From: Fistulifera solaris
Lineage: Eukaryota
DNA: 64,000 nucleotides
Direction: 5' to 3'
NCBI GenBank assembly: GCA_030295235.1
Contig: AP026123.1
Span: forward strand, 806,001 to 870,000
Shown here piece by piece: positions 36,345 through 47,320 of the stretch; position 1 is the stretch's first letter, and each line of letters begins with the position of its first letter. Both the position numbers and the translations under genes were made by a program. The notes under the pieces were generated by a model. That model did no database searches, was not told the origin of the DNA, and saw only the letters and a list, made by a program, of their open reading frames with translations.

Positions 36345-39300
36345 ATGTCAACACCAGCAAAAACTTCCAATGGACCAGGAATACGACGAAAGGCTCCCCA
36401 AAAAGACTTGATGCGAGAAACGACATCAGTGCAGCGCTTGGTGGAATATTTCGTAATCATCACTCCATCGCCGCGATGGACAAAGAAACCTGAAAGCTCC
36501 GCCGATGATTCACACCATCCTCCTTCCACTCAAGAATCGCAACAAGGCTCCGAAGTAAGCGGACACGGTACAGAGGGAAATATTCACATGCCGACAACTC
36601 GCAACGATTATGCTTTTCAGCCCGTCATATCCGCCAGGTATCCAACATGCGACTACGAGGACAATCCTCTCAATCCTATGATTCTACAGTTCTGCTTCCC
36701 CTCTGGTGACGTGATTACTCCTAGCCGGACCTACCAGCTTCCGCAAGTACACCATTTTGTCCTAACAAACGAGCAAGGACAAAAAGTTTACGGAACATGT
36801 TTGACAGTATTCGAAGAGTATGAACCGGATGGGCCGTGGAAGAGTCAAGCTATGACTTTAGAAGGGGCGAATGGCATCGAGCTTGCTGTCGATGAGCGGG
36901 GGAAAGACCTATACTTACCAAAAGTACTTTGCTTGCTTTCGACGTGGCCCTACTTGACGGCGATGCGAGAATACCTAGCACAGCTTTACCGACTGGCCAC
37001 GTCCACCAACATTATGACAGAACCGATCGAACGCTACATTGTGAACATTTGCTGTGAAATTCCTGCTCCACCGCCGGGTGCGTATGAAGTACAAGTCAAT
37101 ATACTTGACTCGACAATTCGCTTTTGGGCGCCTCCAGCTAGGCTACCCATTGCATATGTTGCCTTACCCTACCAAATTCTCTTTGAGTGCCTCGATATAC
37201 ACAATATTCTGTCCGTGTGGACAGCCTTAATTCTGGAAAGAAAGATATTGCTTCTTTCAAGTCACGTAAGTTGACATGACCAGAGTATTTGCGACTTGAT
37301 ATGCTTTTCAACTCACGCATTTCAAAGTATTCTATATTGACGGTCTGCGCCGAAGTGTTGTGCTCCCTTCTTTTCCAATGCGATGGAGTCACTTGTACGT
37401 CCCATTATTGCCTAAAATGTTCGCTCCTATGCTGGATGCGCCAGTTCCTTTCTGTGCGGAGTGGTCAGAGATTCTTGGATGTACACTCAAAAGTTCATCA
37501 GCCAGGATGTCGTCGTCGTGGACTTAGACAACAATAGCATTGAATTTGGCCAAGACTTTCCCCCGATACCGCCACCACCCGCCAAAAAATTTCATAAGCT
37601 GAGAGCCATTTTAACGGATCTCGTTGGACCTGATTTCTGGAGAGCCCACGGGGCGGAGAATGAGTACGAAACTCTCAAACACAAACAGAATAAGAAAGGC
37701 ACAATAGAAACATTGCGAAAATCGACGAACGGGTCGTCGTTGTGGAAAGAAAAACGAGCTTCCCTTGACAATGCTTTTAGCTTGGCTTATACACCGGACT
37801 CTCCAGGCTTGTTAAATGACAGACTTCCAGAGAGTGAGAAAACAAAGTGGGCTCACGTTCAAGAAGCATTTCACCAATTCTTTGTGGGCGTGTTCAAAGA
37901 TTACCGAAAGCATTTATCTGTCGTTGATGGTTCAAGATCTGTGTTCGATCAAAAAGCTTTCTTAGCCCAGCAAAAACCAAGCAACGTATCGTTTGTTTCT
38001 GAGATGTGTATGAGTCAGCAGTTCAATGATTTTCTTACCAGACGACTGGTGAGTCCAGGAGACCCTGACTTAGTATTTTTCGATCAGAGCATTGACGCAA
38101 AAAGAACAGAAGCAAACTTCAGCTTAGAAAGAAGGAAACCCCATTTCTTCGGAGTGCAAATGCTCACAAAGAACTCAAGAAATTCGTCTCGGTAACGCCT
38201 TGCAAAGACGGCCTGATTGATGACGGAAGGCCGTTCGTGTATGAAAAGTGGCCTGACACTTTCACCGACGAATACTTCTGCGAGCCTCGTCCAATTCCCG
38301 AGATGATAACTGCAGAATTCGATCGCCAGGCCGGACTGGTTGCAAAATGCGTTTGGACATACATGATGATGAAGTCAACTGCATTAGAAGCAGCAACGCC
38401 ATCGTCAAGTTTAATGAGGATGCTTCCAACAAGTCCCCCGAGTCGGAAACGTTCTCAGTTTTCTTTCTTACTTATTGTGCGATGGTCGGACGAGATTGGA
38501 AGCGATTCCTAAATAGGCGACAACTCATAATGTCCACACCAGAAAGAAGTGTATCAGGTAGCAGTTCAACACATCTCGTAGAGCGGCCATCAAATAGGCC
38601 CAGATCAACAACAGAGGCGATTGTTTCGGATTTGACACTTGGCATTTGCGATATGTGTACGCGCTCTGAATTTCAAGCTGCGTTGAAGCATATTGAAACG
38701 CACGGCATAGGTCGTGTCGATGCTCTATTTTTGGGGACGAAAATTATGATTTACCACGCTCAATTTCTATTCCGGCGAATCGTTTCTCATTGGATAGTTC
38801 CAGCGTAGACGTTTCGTCTGATTTAGAAGAAGCGCGAGCAATTGCGTCCGCGCAACTCGACCTGGCTTTTCAAACTTTGGAGACTGCAGCTCTAAGGGGT
38901 TTATCACTTGATTCGGATAGCTACTCGTCGCTCATGGAGTCGTGTGGGCGCTGTGGCGACACCCGACATGCAATGCACCTTATCGAGATAATGAAGAATG
39001 AGGGACATTTTGCTGATAGTGAAGTTCTTTCCCATTTCGTCGCGGCGTTTGCCTACGGAGAAGCAGACACACTCTCGCCTGCCCAAGTTACAAGCAGTGA
39101 CGCGCACCCATTTGATGAAATTGCCTCAACTGAAAATGGCTCAAAATCGCTTTATCTTAGAAGGAATCTAGCGTCAAAGGAGGATGCAAGTAGTTTGGCA
39201 CTTGAGCTAGAAGCTTGCGAGGTTCTTTCAGAGAGCGGCAGTCCGGATCGTATTTTAGCGGCATCTGCTTCATTCAGCACTAGTCAAACTGGCATGAACC

Positions 39301-39928
39301 TAGACTGGTTCTCTCGTTACCGCCACAGTCTTTCGAAGAAAAAGACGAAAGTACGAAAGAAACCGCTAAAGGACGAACAGTTAAAAGTGGTTGTTACAGA
39401 AATGATTGACAGACAGCTACTTCTTGGCGAATGTCTTATCGATCTTCTTTACCCGGATTTGAAGATTCAAACAGATCGTGATTCTTGTCCTCATTGTTCT
39501 TATGTTCTGAGCGAGAAAGACGTTATTGCTGGTTGGTCAGCTTCTTTTTCTCAGGAGTGCAAAACAATGTGTCCTCAATGCAAGCATCGCTTCGTTGCCC
39601 AATTCAACGTTTCGACGTCTGCTTCCAACTTCAGTGGTTCTCAAGGAAAAGGTACCCCTCTTTTTGCGAATTCCTCTCGCCTTGGACAATAAAGAAGGAA
39701 ATCCAAAACATTATTCACGGTGCTGTCGGCATCGATGGAATAATAAGTCGCGAATGGCGTGAGAGCTCAGATTGGACTGCAACCTTGTTTTGGAATCTCA
39801 TCCTTCTTTTCAGAAGGTACCGGCTACCCTTCGCATTTCTATTGCAGGGTAGCTTCGACAACATGGTAATTCTGCCACCCAAGCCCGACGAATTGACTTA
39901 TTTCAATACAGGAGCGGGAGTTTCATAG
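36345..39928 (+). CDS. DENN-domain Rab GEF, DENND4/CRAG-like (uDENN-DENN-dDENN, PPR-like repeat, C-terminal CxxC..CxxC)
   Basis: RLVEYFVII, FCFPSG, HHFVLTNEQGQKVYGTCL, LPKVLCLLSTWP, LILERKILLLS, PPR-like YSSLMESCGRCGD, and CPHC...VIAGW...CPQC. Intron 37266-37327. Multiple frameshifts; start uncertain. Confidence 0.85.
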
Positions 39929-40151
39929 AAAAGTTAGCATATATCATTTACCATGGTCGACATAAGGGGTGTATTGTAGCTTAGGTTAAACAGTGTCTAG
40001 ATTGATGCATTTTCCGGGACTGAAAGCATTGTTGAGTCGCAAAAGAGACACGACGACGATGAAAAGAATGACAAAAATAATGATCATCATCGTCGCATTC
40101 ATGAAGATATAAATGACAAATCTTTCACGTAGCTCCTCCGCTATTTGAAGG

Positions 40152-41119
40152 ATGATATCGAAGCATGTTATCGCACGTATGTTAATCTCGCTCTGTGTCA
40201 CTATGTTTCTTCCGGTGACACTTGGTTTGATTTTCTCTTCCAAGTCCGAGAGAAGAAGAATCTCTCATCCCTTGAAAGGGAATGGTTGCGAGAGCTTTCG
40301 AGACATCTTTCTAATGGACGCTAGTCGTCGACACTTTATGACTGCTGGCTTGATTACAGGATACCAACTCCTGCAGCAACCATCAGACGCCTTGCCGGAC
40401 GAACAACTCTTCGTCGTCAGCGATCCCAATACGTATTCGGCTGTCACATACATATCGGAGGGCGTGAACGAAAGGCCGAAACCTCTACTCGTAGTTCTGC
40501 ATGGTGCAGGTGTGAACGACGAAGATGCTTGGGCGTTGACGAATCCAAAGGGTGAGCATGCTGGTCTCGTTCCGAGCCTGATTGCAGCGAATAAAGCTCC
40601 ACCAGAGCTGACTGAGAATTTTGTTGTTGTTGCTCCGTACAGCCAAGGAAAACGGTCTTTTATGAGGAGCCCAGATCGAAACTCTTGGATTTTGTGCGCT
40701 GGTTTTGCAGCGATGCCGGGAAAAGGAGCGGCTGTCCTCCATGCGACCAAGACCACGTTTACTTGTTCGGATTCAGTGACGGCGCCACTGTCGCTGTAGA
40801 ATTAGCTACAACAAAGATGTTTCGTGCAGTTGCTGTCGCAGCGTACGGTTTCTCTGGTACTTTTCCAGATCTGGCTATGGAACGGCTTCGAGATGTTGCT
40901 TTTTGGGTTTTTCATTCACAAGATGATGTTATATTTCCAGTAGAATACAGCGACAAGCTTGTTGCTTCACTTCGTAAACGCGGAGATCCCTCACTGATTC
41001 GATACACGAGGTATGAACAGGACCAAGAAGGTTTTACCGGCGCTGTGAAGGGGCATAGCGTCGGAATTACTGCTTCTAAATCAGCAGATCTTTATTCCTG
41101 GATGTTGTCGATTAGATGA
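40152..41119 (+). CDS. Alpha/beta hydrolase (phospholipase/carboxylesterase or predicted-peptidase type) with N-terminal targeting sequence
   Basis: PLLVVLHGAG, VYLFGFSDGA (GxSxG), WVFHSQDDVIFP, KGHSVG. Frameshift near 40660 joins ORFs 40152 and 40685. Confidence 0.75.
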
Positions 41120-41475
41120 TGGTGAACTTAATGCGCGGTGCCTTTTTTGGAAGTTTTATTTCGTTTACGGATAAATAAGAGACGGATGCTGGACTTTCTC
41201 AAATATCCAAGGGGAATTCTGTTTGATTAGACTAAAAACTTATTATCCACGATCCACGACCGTTACCAGGTCATGGAAGTGACATCATCATTTTGTGAAT
41301 GACCGGGAAATAATAATGACCGTCGCAATCTTGTGTGACTTTGTGAGCATCTCATCCCGAAAAAATCGAAGAACATTATTTTTTGAAATCATTCATCTCG
41401 CCCTTCAATCAGATCAACAACAATCAAACATTTTGTTTTCAAACAAAGAAGCCTTGACGACTGATAGTTATATAA

Positions 41476-41953
41476 ATGAGCGCGCCTGAAAAGCCATATC
41501 GTTTCGAAGAGAACCACCGTCCTTGGTTTGTATGGACTCTCATTCTTGCCCCTTGTTTGATGCCAGTTGTTTGGTAAGTCGACTACCGTACGCGCATGAT
41601 AATCCGTATCATTATAGAATCGTAGCTAAACGTTCATCTTCTTGCTTTCATTGTTTAGGAACTATCACGTGCGATTATCGGATGACACAATTTCGTTTGG
41701 GTACTCTTGTGATTGCGGGCAACGCACAATTGATTTAGCGAACGTAAAAACAGCCGAAGTTGTCGAACACATCAATGGGCTGTGCGAATGGGGTGGATAC
41801 GGTATTCGGTGGCAACTTCCTAGCATGGAAGTCGGTTACATTGCGAGAAACGGACCTGGCGTGCGTTTGACGTTTATGGAGAATGGAAAAGAAAAGGCGG
41901 CAACTTTTAGCTGCTTTGACCCTGAGAAGCTTGTGTCGATGCTGACTGGATAA
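41476..41953 (+). CDS. Small membrane-anchored protein with bacterial-PH-like domain (WGGYGIR motif)
   Basis: ATG 41476 gives MSAPEKPYRFEENHRPWFVWTLILAPCLMPVVW. Intron 41574-41658 splices in frame to NYHVRLSDDTISFGY...EWGGYGIRW...GPGVRL. Confidence 0.65.
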
Positions 41954-42605
41954 AATTCGAAACTTTGATGAAGAATTTTTCCGTTATGAGGAATGAAAAG
42001 AGTTTTGATTTCGGCCGTCGAAATAACTTCTGGAAAACATATACGTAGTTTTTATTTTTCACTACTCGAAAATCACAACTTGAACTAACGAAACCCAACT
42101 TTATTCGCTTACCGTATAAATTTTGTCGACATGTCTTCACATTATTTTGTGGTTTTTGAACCATCAGCTGGGAATAGACAAACTATGACGAGCTTTGTTG
42201 TTGCATCGTAATGTATCCATGAATGATTGATGCCGTACCTAATACACTCGATAAATACTATACGCAAAGAATATTTCCATAGATATGTCTTTCAAGAAAC
42301 ACTTGTATTGTTGCTGAACTGAGCAGATCAATACAAAAGGAAGCATCCAACACTAGCGTCTCGTGACTCACTATGTGATTCCAGCCATGATAAAAGTCAT
42401 CTTCTCTTTGGATTATAGTAAAATTAATGTTAACTACAGTTCGTGTTACTGGCACAATGGCAACGCCAATTTTCTGAAACGACGACGATCGACGATGCTT
42501 TTTATTATTACTCCGTATTGCGATGGATGCTTGTTGCTTCATTTCAACATCACAAGCACTTTCCACAAACCAACAAAGGCAGCAGAATAATTCCATCATT
42601 TTATT

Positions 42606-44087
42606 ATGTTACGGGTTGCGTGTCTTATTGCGCTGATATCCTGTCTCCAATGCTTAGTTGTGCAATCGTTCACTTTCACGGCTCCAGCGAATCAATGGAC
42701 AGGAAGCTACACGTTCTTTGCTTTGCATGCATCCGTCATTACCATTGCAGCTGATGAGGATGTAATCATTGAAAAAGAATTTGCGAACGGAGTGATTCCG
42801 AGCTTGAAAGATATTTCCAAACTCCCAGAGGGACTCCCAAAAGGCTTTTACGTAATAAAGCAGTATGATGTTCCGGAATCGTCTTTAAAGGACTGGTTGG
42901 CCGTAGGGTTAAGTTCCGATGTTATTGAACGAGTCGAGCTTCAAGCGCACAATATTAGCCTGCCAGCTGCTTTGGTACTGCTGGATGTAGACGAATATCC
43001 GTCAATATCTCGAGCGCGGAAGGCGTGTCGAAAAGGAAATATTCTGATCCATCGAGGACCTCTTCGTGAAGACCCAGAAACAGGATTGGCGACTGTTTTT
43101 GATCCTAATAACTGTCTGATTGGTCGAGTGGGTGATCGCGTTTTTCCGGGAGATGTGGTTGCCAAACAAGTTCGCATGGGCAGCGGTTATTTCCCTATAC
43201 TGAACTACAAGAAGCCTCCCTTCGAGTTGCCCGTTGTTTTACAAGATGACCACTTTGCCATTGTCAATAAGCCAGCTGGCGTAGTCGTGTACAATCAACA
43301 CAAAGGGGGACATGGTGTCATGACGGTGCGAGCCATGTTACCGTTTGTTCTCGAGCCGCCTCGAGCGGGTACGGTGTTCGTCATGCGCCGGCCCGCCTCG
43401 GTACACCGCTTGGATAAACCGACGAGTGGAATTTTGTGCATTGCGAAGACCAAGCCGGCGATGGTTTCGCTTTCGCGTCAATTTCATGACAGAGTAGTCA
43501 AGAAGACCTACATGGCCATTGTTAATGGTATCCCGCAAGAAGACGATTGCTCGACAATTACCTCAAAAGAAGCATTTGATCTCGGTGTTGATGTGGATCC
43601 GACAAGTAGTGATCAGCTTTGGCAACTAATTGACAGTCCTCTTGAAGAAAAGTCAGGCATAACTGTTTGGCGTGCAGTTCGTTACGTGAAGTCTTTACAT
43701 GCGAATGATGGATATTTAACGTTAGTTGAATTGAAACCGAAAACTGGTCGGTATCATCAGCTACGGCGACACATGGCATGGGTTTGTCAGCGACCGCTAG
43801 TCGGTGATTCCGAATACGATGAAGGAACCGAATCCGCCGTGCGATTTCGGGAGAGAGGTCTTTTTCTTTGTTCTACGTGTGTCACTTTAGAGCATCCTTA
43901 TTATAACTCCGCCGAAGGAAATCAAGCTTGGAAAGCGTTAGATAAGCAAACCGTCGAGAAGATGTACGGAAATCTAGTTTTCGAGGAAAACGGAAAAGTT
44001 GTTGTTCGGGCCACAGTGAGCCTTCCTGAAAAGTTTGAGAAAATGATGCAACGTTCAGCAGAACGATGGGAAAAACTTGCTGATTGA
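42606..44087 (+). CDS. RluA/RluD-family pseudouridine synthase, probably plastid-targeted
   Basis: Signal peptide ending VVQS-F. Motifs IVNKPAGVVV, VHRLDKPTSG (catalytic Asp), PKTGRYHQLRRH, PLVGDSEY. Confidence 0.92.
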   Translation: MLRVACLIALISCLQCLVVQSFTFTAPANQWTGSYTFFALHASVITIAADEDVIIEKEFANGVIPSLKDISKLPEGLPKGFYVIKQYDVPESSLKDWLAVGLSSDVIERVELQAHNISLPAALVLLDVDEYPSISRARKACRKGNILIHRGPLREDPETGLATVFDPNNCLIGRVGDRVFPGDVVAKQVRMGSGYFPILNYKKPPFELPVVLQDDHFAIVNKPAGVVVYNQHKGGHGVMTVRAMLPFVLEPPRAGTVFVMRRPASVHRLDKPTSGILCIAKTKPAMVSLSRQFHDRVVKKTYMAIVNGIPQEDDCSTITSKEAFDLGVDVDPTSSDQLWQLIDSPLEEKSGITVWRAVRYVKSLHANDGYLTLVELKPKTGRYHQLRRHMAWVCQRPLVGDSEYDEGTESAVRFRERGLFLCSTCVTLEHPYYNSAEGNQAWKALDKQTVEKMYGNLVFEENGKVVVRATVSLPEKFEKMMQRSAERWEKLAD

Positions 44088-44121
44088 AACAGAGAGATTA
44101 TTCTGCAAACAACTGTATCAG

Positions 44122-45501
44122 TCAGTATTTCGGAAAGGAGCTATCTACTTGGTTGTGCCATGCCGTCAAACCGCCGGTTACATTGCGGATGGAGTAGATT
44201 TTAAGGTTCGCCTCTTTGTGTTTCAGTAGCAACTTGGCCGCTTCCTTTGACGCGATTCCTCGCCTGCAAATGCAGTAAACAACCTTTTCCCCACCAGATA
44301 GCTCTGCGATACGGTCTAGCTCGTTTTCAATATTTGCAAGTGGGATATTGATGGCTCCTTCAAGTGAGCACATCTCAAATTGCTGTGTCACACGAACGTC
44401 TAACAGTACATGCGGAATATCATTCTTGCGGATTGCGTGATAGTCAGAACAGCTAATGGAAACACCCAGCGGCAGAATTAAGTGCTCACAAGACTCTGAC
44501 TCGTTTGCTGGCCCGACTGGGCCCCGTGATTCTTTCAAATCAACTTCACTGTCTGACATTGTCTTGATGGTCGCATTCGGTCCACATACAGGGCACCTCG
44601 TCGATCTCTTTGGTTTTCTGATTGTATGAAAGGAGCACATTGAAGAATTATACATGAGAAGACGGTCGTGCATGGCTGTACCAAATCCAGTCAAAACCTT
44701 GATTGTCTCTGTGGCCTGGAGTACGCCGATTAATCCTGGGACAGGACCCAACACACCGGCATCGGAGCAGGACGCACAACCAGCTGAAGCAGCTGCTTTT
44801 GGATATAAACAGCGGTAACAGCATCCGCCGTGGTAGTTGTAAACCGTGAGCTGTCCTTCTGTCCCTACAGCACTTCCAGAAATAAGAGGTTTTCTGGCTA
44901 TTACACAAGCATCGTTGATAAGATACCGCGTCTTCGGATTGTCACTGGCATCAACAACACAGTCGCTTTGCCGGACCAGGTCTAAAGCGTTCTCATGGGT
45001 CAATTGGATATCCAGTGCTACGCACTGGATTGTAGGATTCACTGCCAAAAGGGTCTGACGCGCTGAAACAGCCTTATTCATTCCGACTCGGTGTTCACTG
45101 TGAATGAGTTGACGGTGCAAATTGGATGACTCGACCCTATCGTAATCTATAATAGTAATTTTCCCAACTCCTGCTGCGGCCAAATAAAGTAGAACTGTCG
45201 ATCCAATACCGCCTGCACCAACGACTAGAACCGACGACGATAGTAGCTTTAACTGACCTGAAACTCCAAAACCATCACTGAGCAGCAACTGTCGCGAATA
45301 CCTTTCAATTTGATCTTTCGTAAGACTATCAATTTGATCCGTAGTATTGTGAGCATCGGAGACGGATAGTTCGCCCTTCGTCAACTGCTTTAATTTGGCG
45401 TTTTCTTCTTCCAAAAAGCGAATTCTCTGTTGAAGACATTCCAGTTGCTGCTCATAAGTCAACGACGAAGCCTCAGGGTCGGTGGGAGAATTAGTTGCCA
45501 T
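44122..45501 (-). CDS. MOCS3: Adenylyltransferase/sulfurtransferase MOCS3 (ThiF/MoeB + rhodanese)
   Basis: RYSRQLLL, VVGAGGIG, SNLHRQ, CYRCLYP, SCSDAGVLGP, and a C-terminal rhodanese with CRRGIAS ending FPKY. Confidence 0.95.
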   Translation of the reverse strand: MATNSPTDPEASSLTYEQQLECLQQRIRFLEEENAKLKQLTKGELSVSDAHNTTDQIDSLTKDQIERYSRQLLLSDGFGVSGQLKLLSSSVLVVGAGGIGSTVLLYLAAAGVGKITIIDYDRVESSNLHRQLIHSEHRVGMNKAVSARQTLLAVNPTIQCVALDIQLTHENALDLVRQSDCVVDASDNPKTRYLINDACVIARKPLISGSAVGTEGQLTVYNYHGGCCYRCLYPKAAASAGCASCSDAGVLGPVPGLIGVLQATETIKVLTGFGTAMHDRLLMYNSSMCSFHTIRKPKRSTRCPVCGPNATIKTMSDSEVDLKESRGPVGPANESESCEHLILPLGVSISCSDYHAIRKNDIPHVLLDVRVTQQFEMCSLEGAINIPLANIENELDRIAELSGGEKVVYCICRRGIASKEAAKLLLKHKEANLKIYSIRNVTGGLTAWHNQVDSSFPKY

Positions 45502-46069
45502 GACAAAGATTGACTCCTTTTCGGACTGGATAAACGAATAGCAGATAGCAGCTTCCCTATAAACATAAACGCAACCATCCGAAGTAAAAAAAGATCATCG
45601 TCGCATAGGAGTAATAAGTAGAAACCCTGATCGTCGCGTTTCATTCCGCATTCCACTATAGCGGCGAGTAGTACAATGATGAACCAGTCACGGTTTCTCA
45701 TTTGGTCACGAGTCCAAAAGAGGGTCCAGTCTGTCCATGCGTCCTGAGGCTCATTTTCGATACACGCTCCGACATATCGCGTTGGGTAAGTACCGCTCCG
45801 AGCGCGAGACTACTTTTCTGTCTACAATGTTTTATAACCTACTTTTCAAGACTATTGTATCAAACCGTGAATTTTTGCGCCAAAACGCAAGGGGGTTATT
45901 GCCCTGTATTGCCCATGAATTTTGGCCCGTTTTGATGCCAAAAACGATCCATGTAATTCATTGCATTTTGCTTTCTCTTTGTTCTGCTCCAGCGACTACT
46001 TCCGCGATCTTTATATCGTGGCAGAGATAAAGAAGTAAATTTCACTAAGATTTGCAAGCAAGACTTCAG

Positions 46070-47053
46070 ATGGATTCCATTGTTCAATTCGCCACCTACT
46101 CTTTCCCCTACGCGGCCGAGTTTCAAGCCATCGGCATGGCCTTCCAAGGAGCGATGGCAGTTCGTAGCGGGCCGAACAAAAACGGTACGCTGCATTGGTT
46201 TCACGCCTTTGTGCTCTCCGTGATGGCAGCCTTTACTGGAGGTTGGTTAGGATTCATCTGGATGGGAAAACCGAGTTCCATGTTATCCAACGATGTCAAC
46301 TTTGCTTCTTGCATATTCGCGTTTGTTGTGGTCAATTACACTCCCGGAGATATCGGTTACATGATATGCCGCACTTTGCCTGTTACACTGGTGATTACAT
46401 CCTCGTCACAACTCTTTCGGGCTAGTGGAATCATGAAATTTGTCGCCGCGTGCTACGATGCTTTCAAGGACAATCCGTCTCCTTATTACCCCATACCCGT
46501 CTTCGGTCCGATCTTGTATGGTACCTTGCTTGGCAACATGGCTGGATTTCTTATGAAGGGACTGGAAGGACATGTTTCCAGCGGAATGCCTTGGCCCGTG
46601 CAAAATGGTAAGTGGTCCGTGTGTCTTATTAGAGTGTCTCTTGTAGCATGGCCTCACGGAGATCACGTCACTGGGACCTTGTCGCCGTTAGGTCTATTTT
46701 GTGCCACATTTTATCATTTCTTCGTCCATGATTTGAATGGCCCCGTGGGAACTTTTCTCCGCACATCGATACCAGCTGGTCAATTTGGATTGAAGGATAG
46801 AGAGTTTGCATCATGTGTTGTAACGTACTTTATGCAAATTGTGGGAATTTTGCAGCTACCAGAATTCCTTGGTCCCAATTGGAGTCCCTTTAATCTTTTC
46901 CTTGGGAGAAGTTCTTCTTCTGCGGAAAGAAAAAGCGGAAGTGAGCACAAGAAACAAACGGCACCAGACGAAGACGAGGCACCAGCGACGAACGGCGGAA
47001 AATCTAAAAAATCGAAACAAAAGAAGGCCAATAATAAGATGAAGACGAACTGA
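46070..47053 (+). CDS. Polytopic membrane protein, TRIC/TMEM38-like cation channel candidate
   Basis: Multiple TM helices, HWFHAFVLSVMAAFTGG and GTLLGNMAG glycine motifs, and a basic C-terminal tail. Intron 46608-46691. Confidence 0.55.
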   Translation: MDSIVQFATYSFPYAAEFQAIGMAFQGAMAVRSGPNKNGTLHWFHAFVLSVMAAFTGGWLGFIWMGKPSSMLSNDVNFASCIFAFVVVNYTPGDIGYMICRTLPVTLVITSSSQLFRASGIMKFVAACYDAFKDNPSPYYPIPVFGPILYGTLLGNMAGFLMKGLEGHVSSGMPWPVQNGKWSVCLIRVSLVAWPHGDHVTGTLSPLGLFCATFYHFFVHDLNGPVGTFLRTSIPAGQFGLKDREFASCVVTYFMQIVGILQLPEFLGPNWSPFNLFLGRSSSSAERKSGSEHKKQTAPDEDEAPATNGGKSKKSKQKKANNKMKTN

Positions 47054-47320
47054 GTTGTGATACACAAGAGACTATATAGAATCGAATGGCTAATAGGGCG
47101 GTTAAGAGTCCACTGTACGGTTTGTTTGTTGTCATGTGTTTTGTGCAATTCCGCTCTCTTCTATGTAGCTAGCTTTCTTTATAAATGCAAAGGGGCCCGT
47201 TTTATGCTAAAGTAGTGAAGAACCGAAATAAGAAAGAGACAACGACGGCAGACAATCGACTGATGATAGCAGATCTGTCACTTACCTGATTAATTTTGCT
47301 ACCCATTTCATACATTGGAT

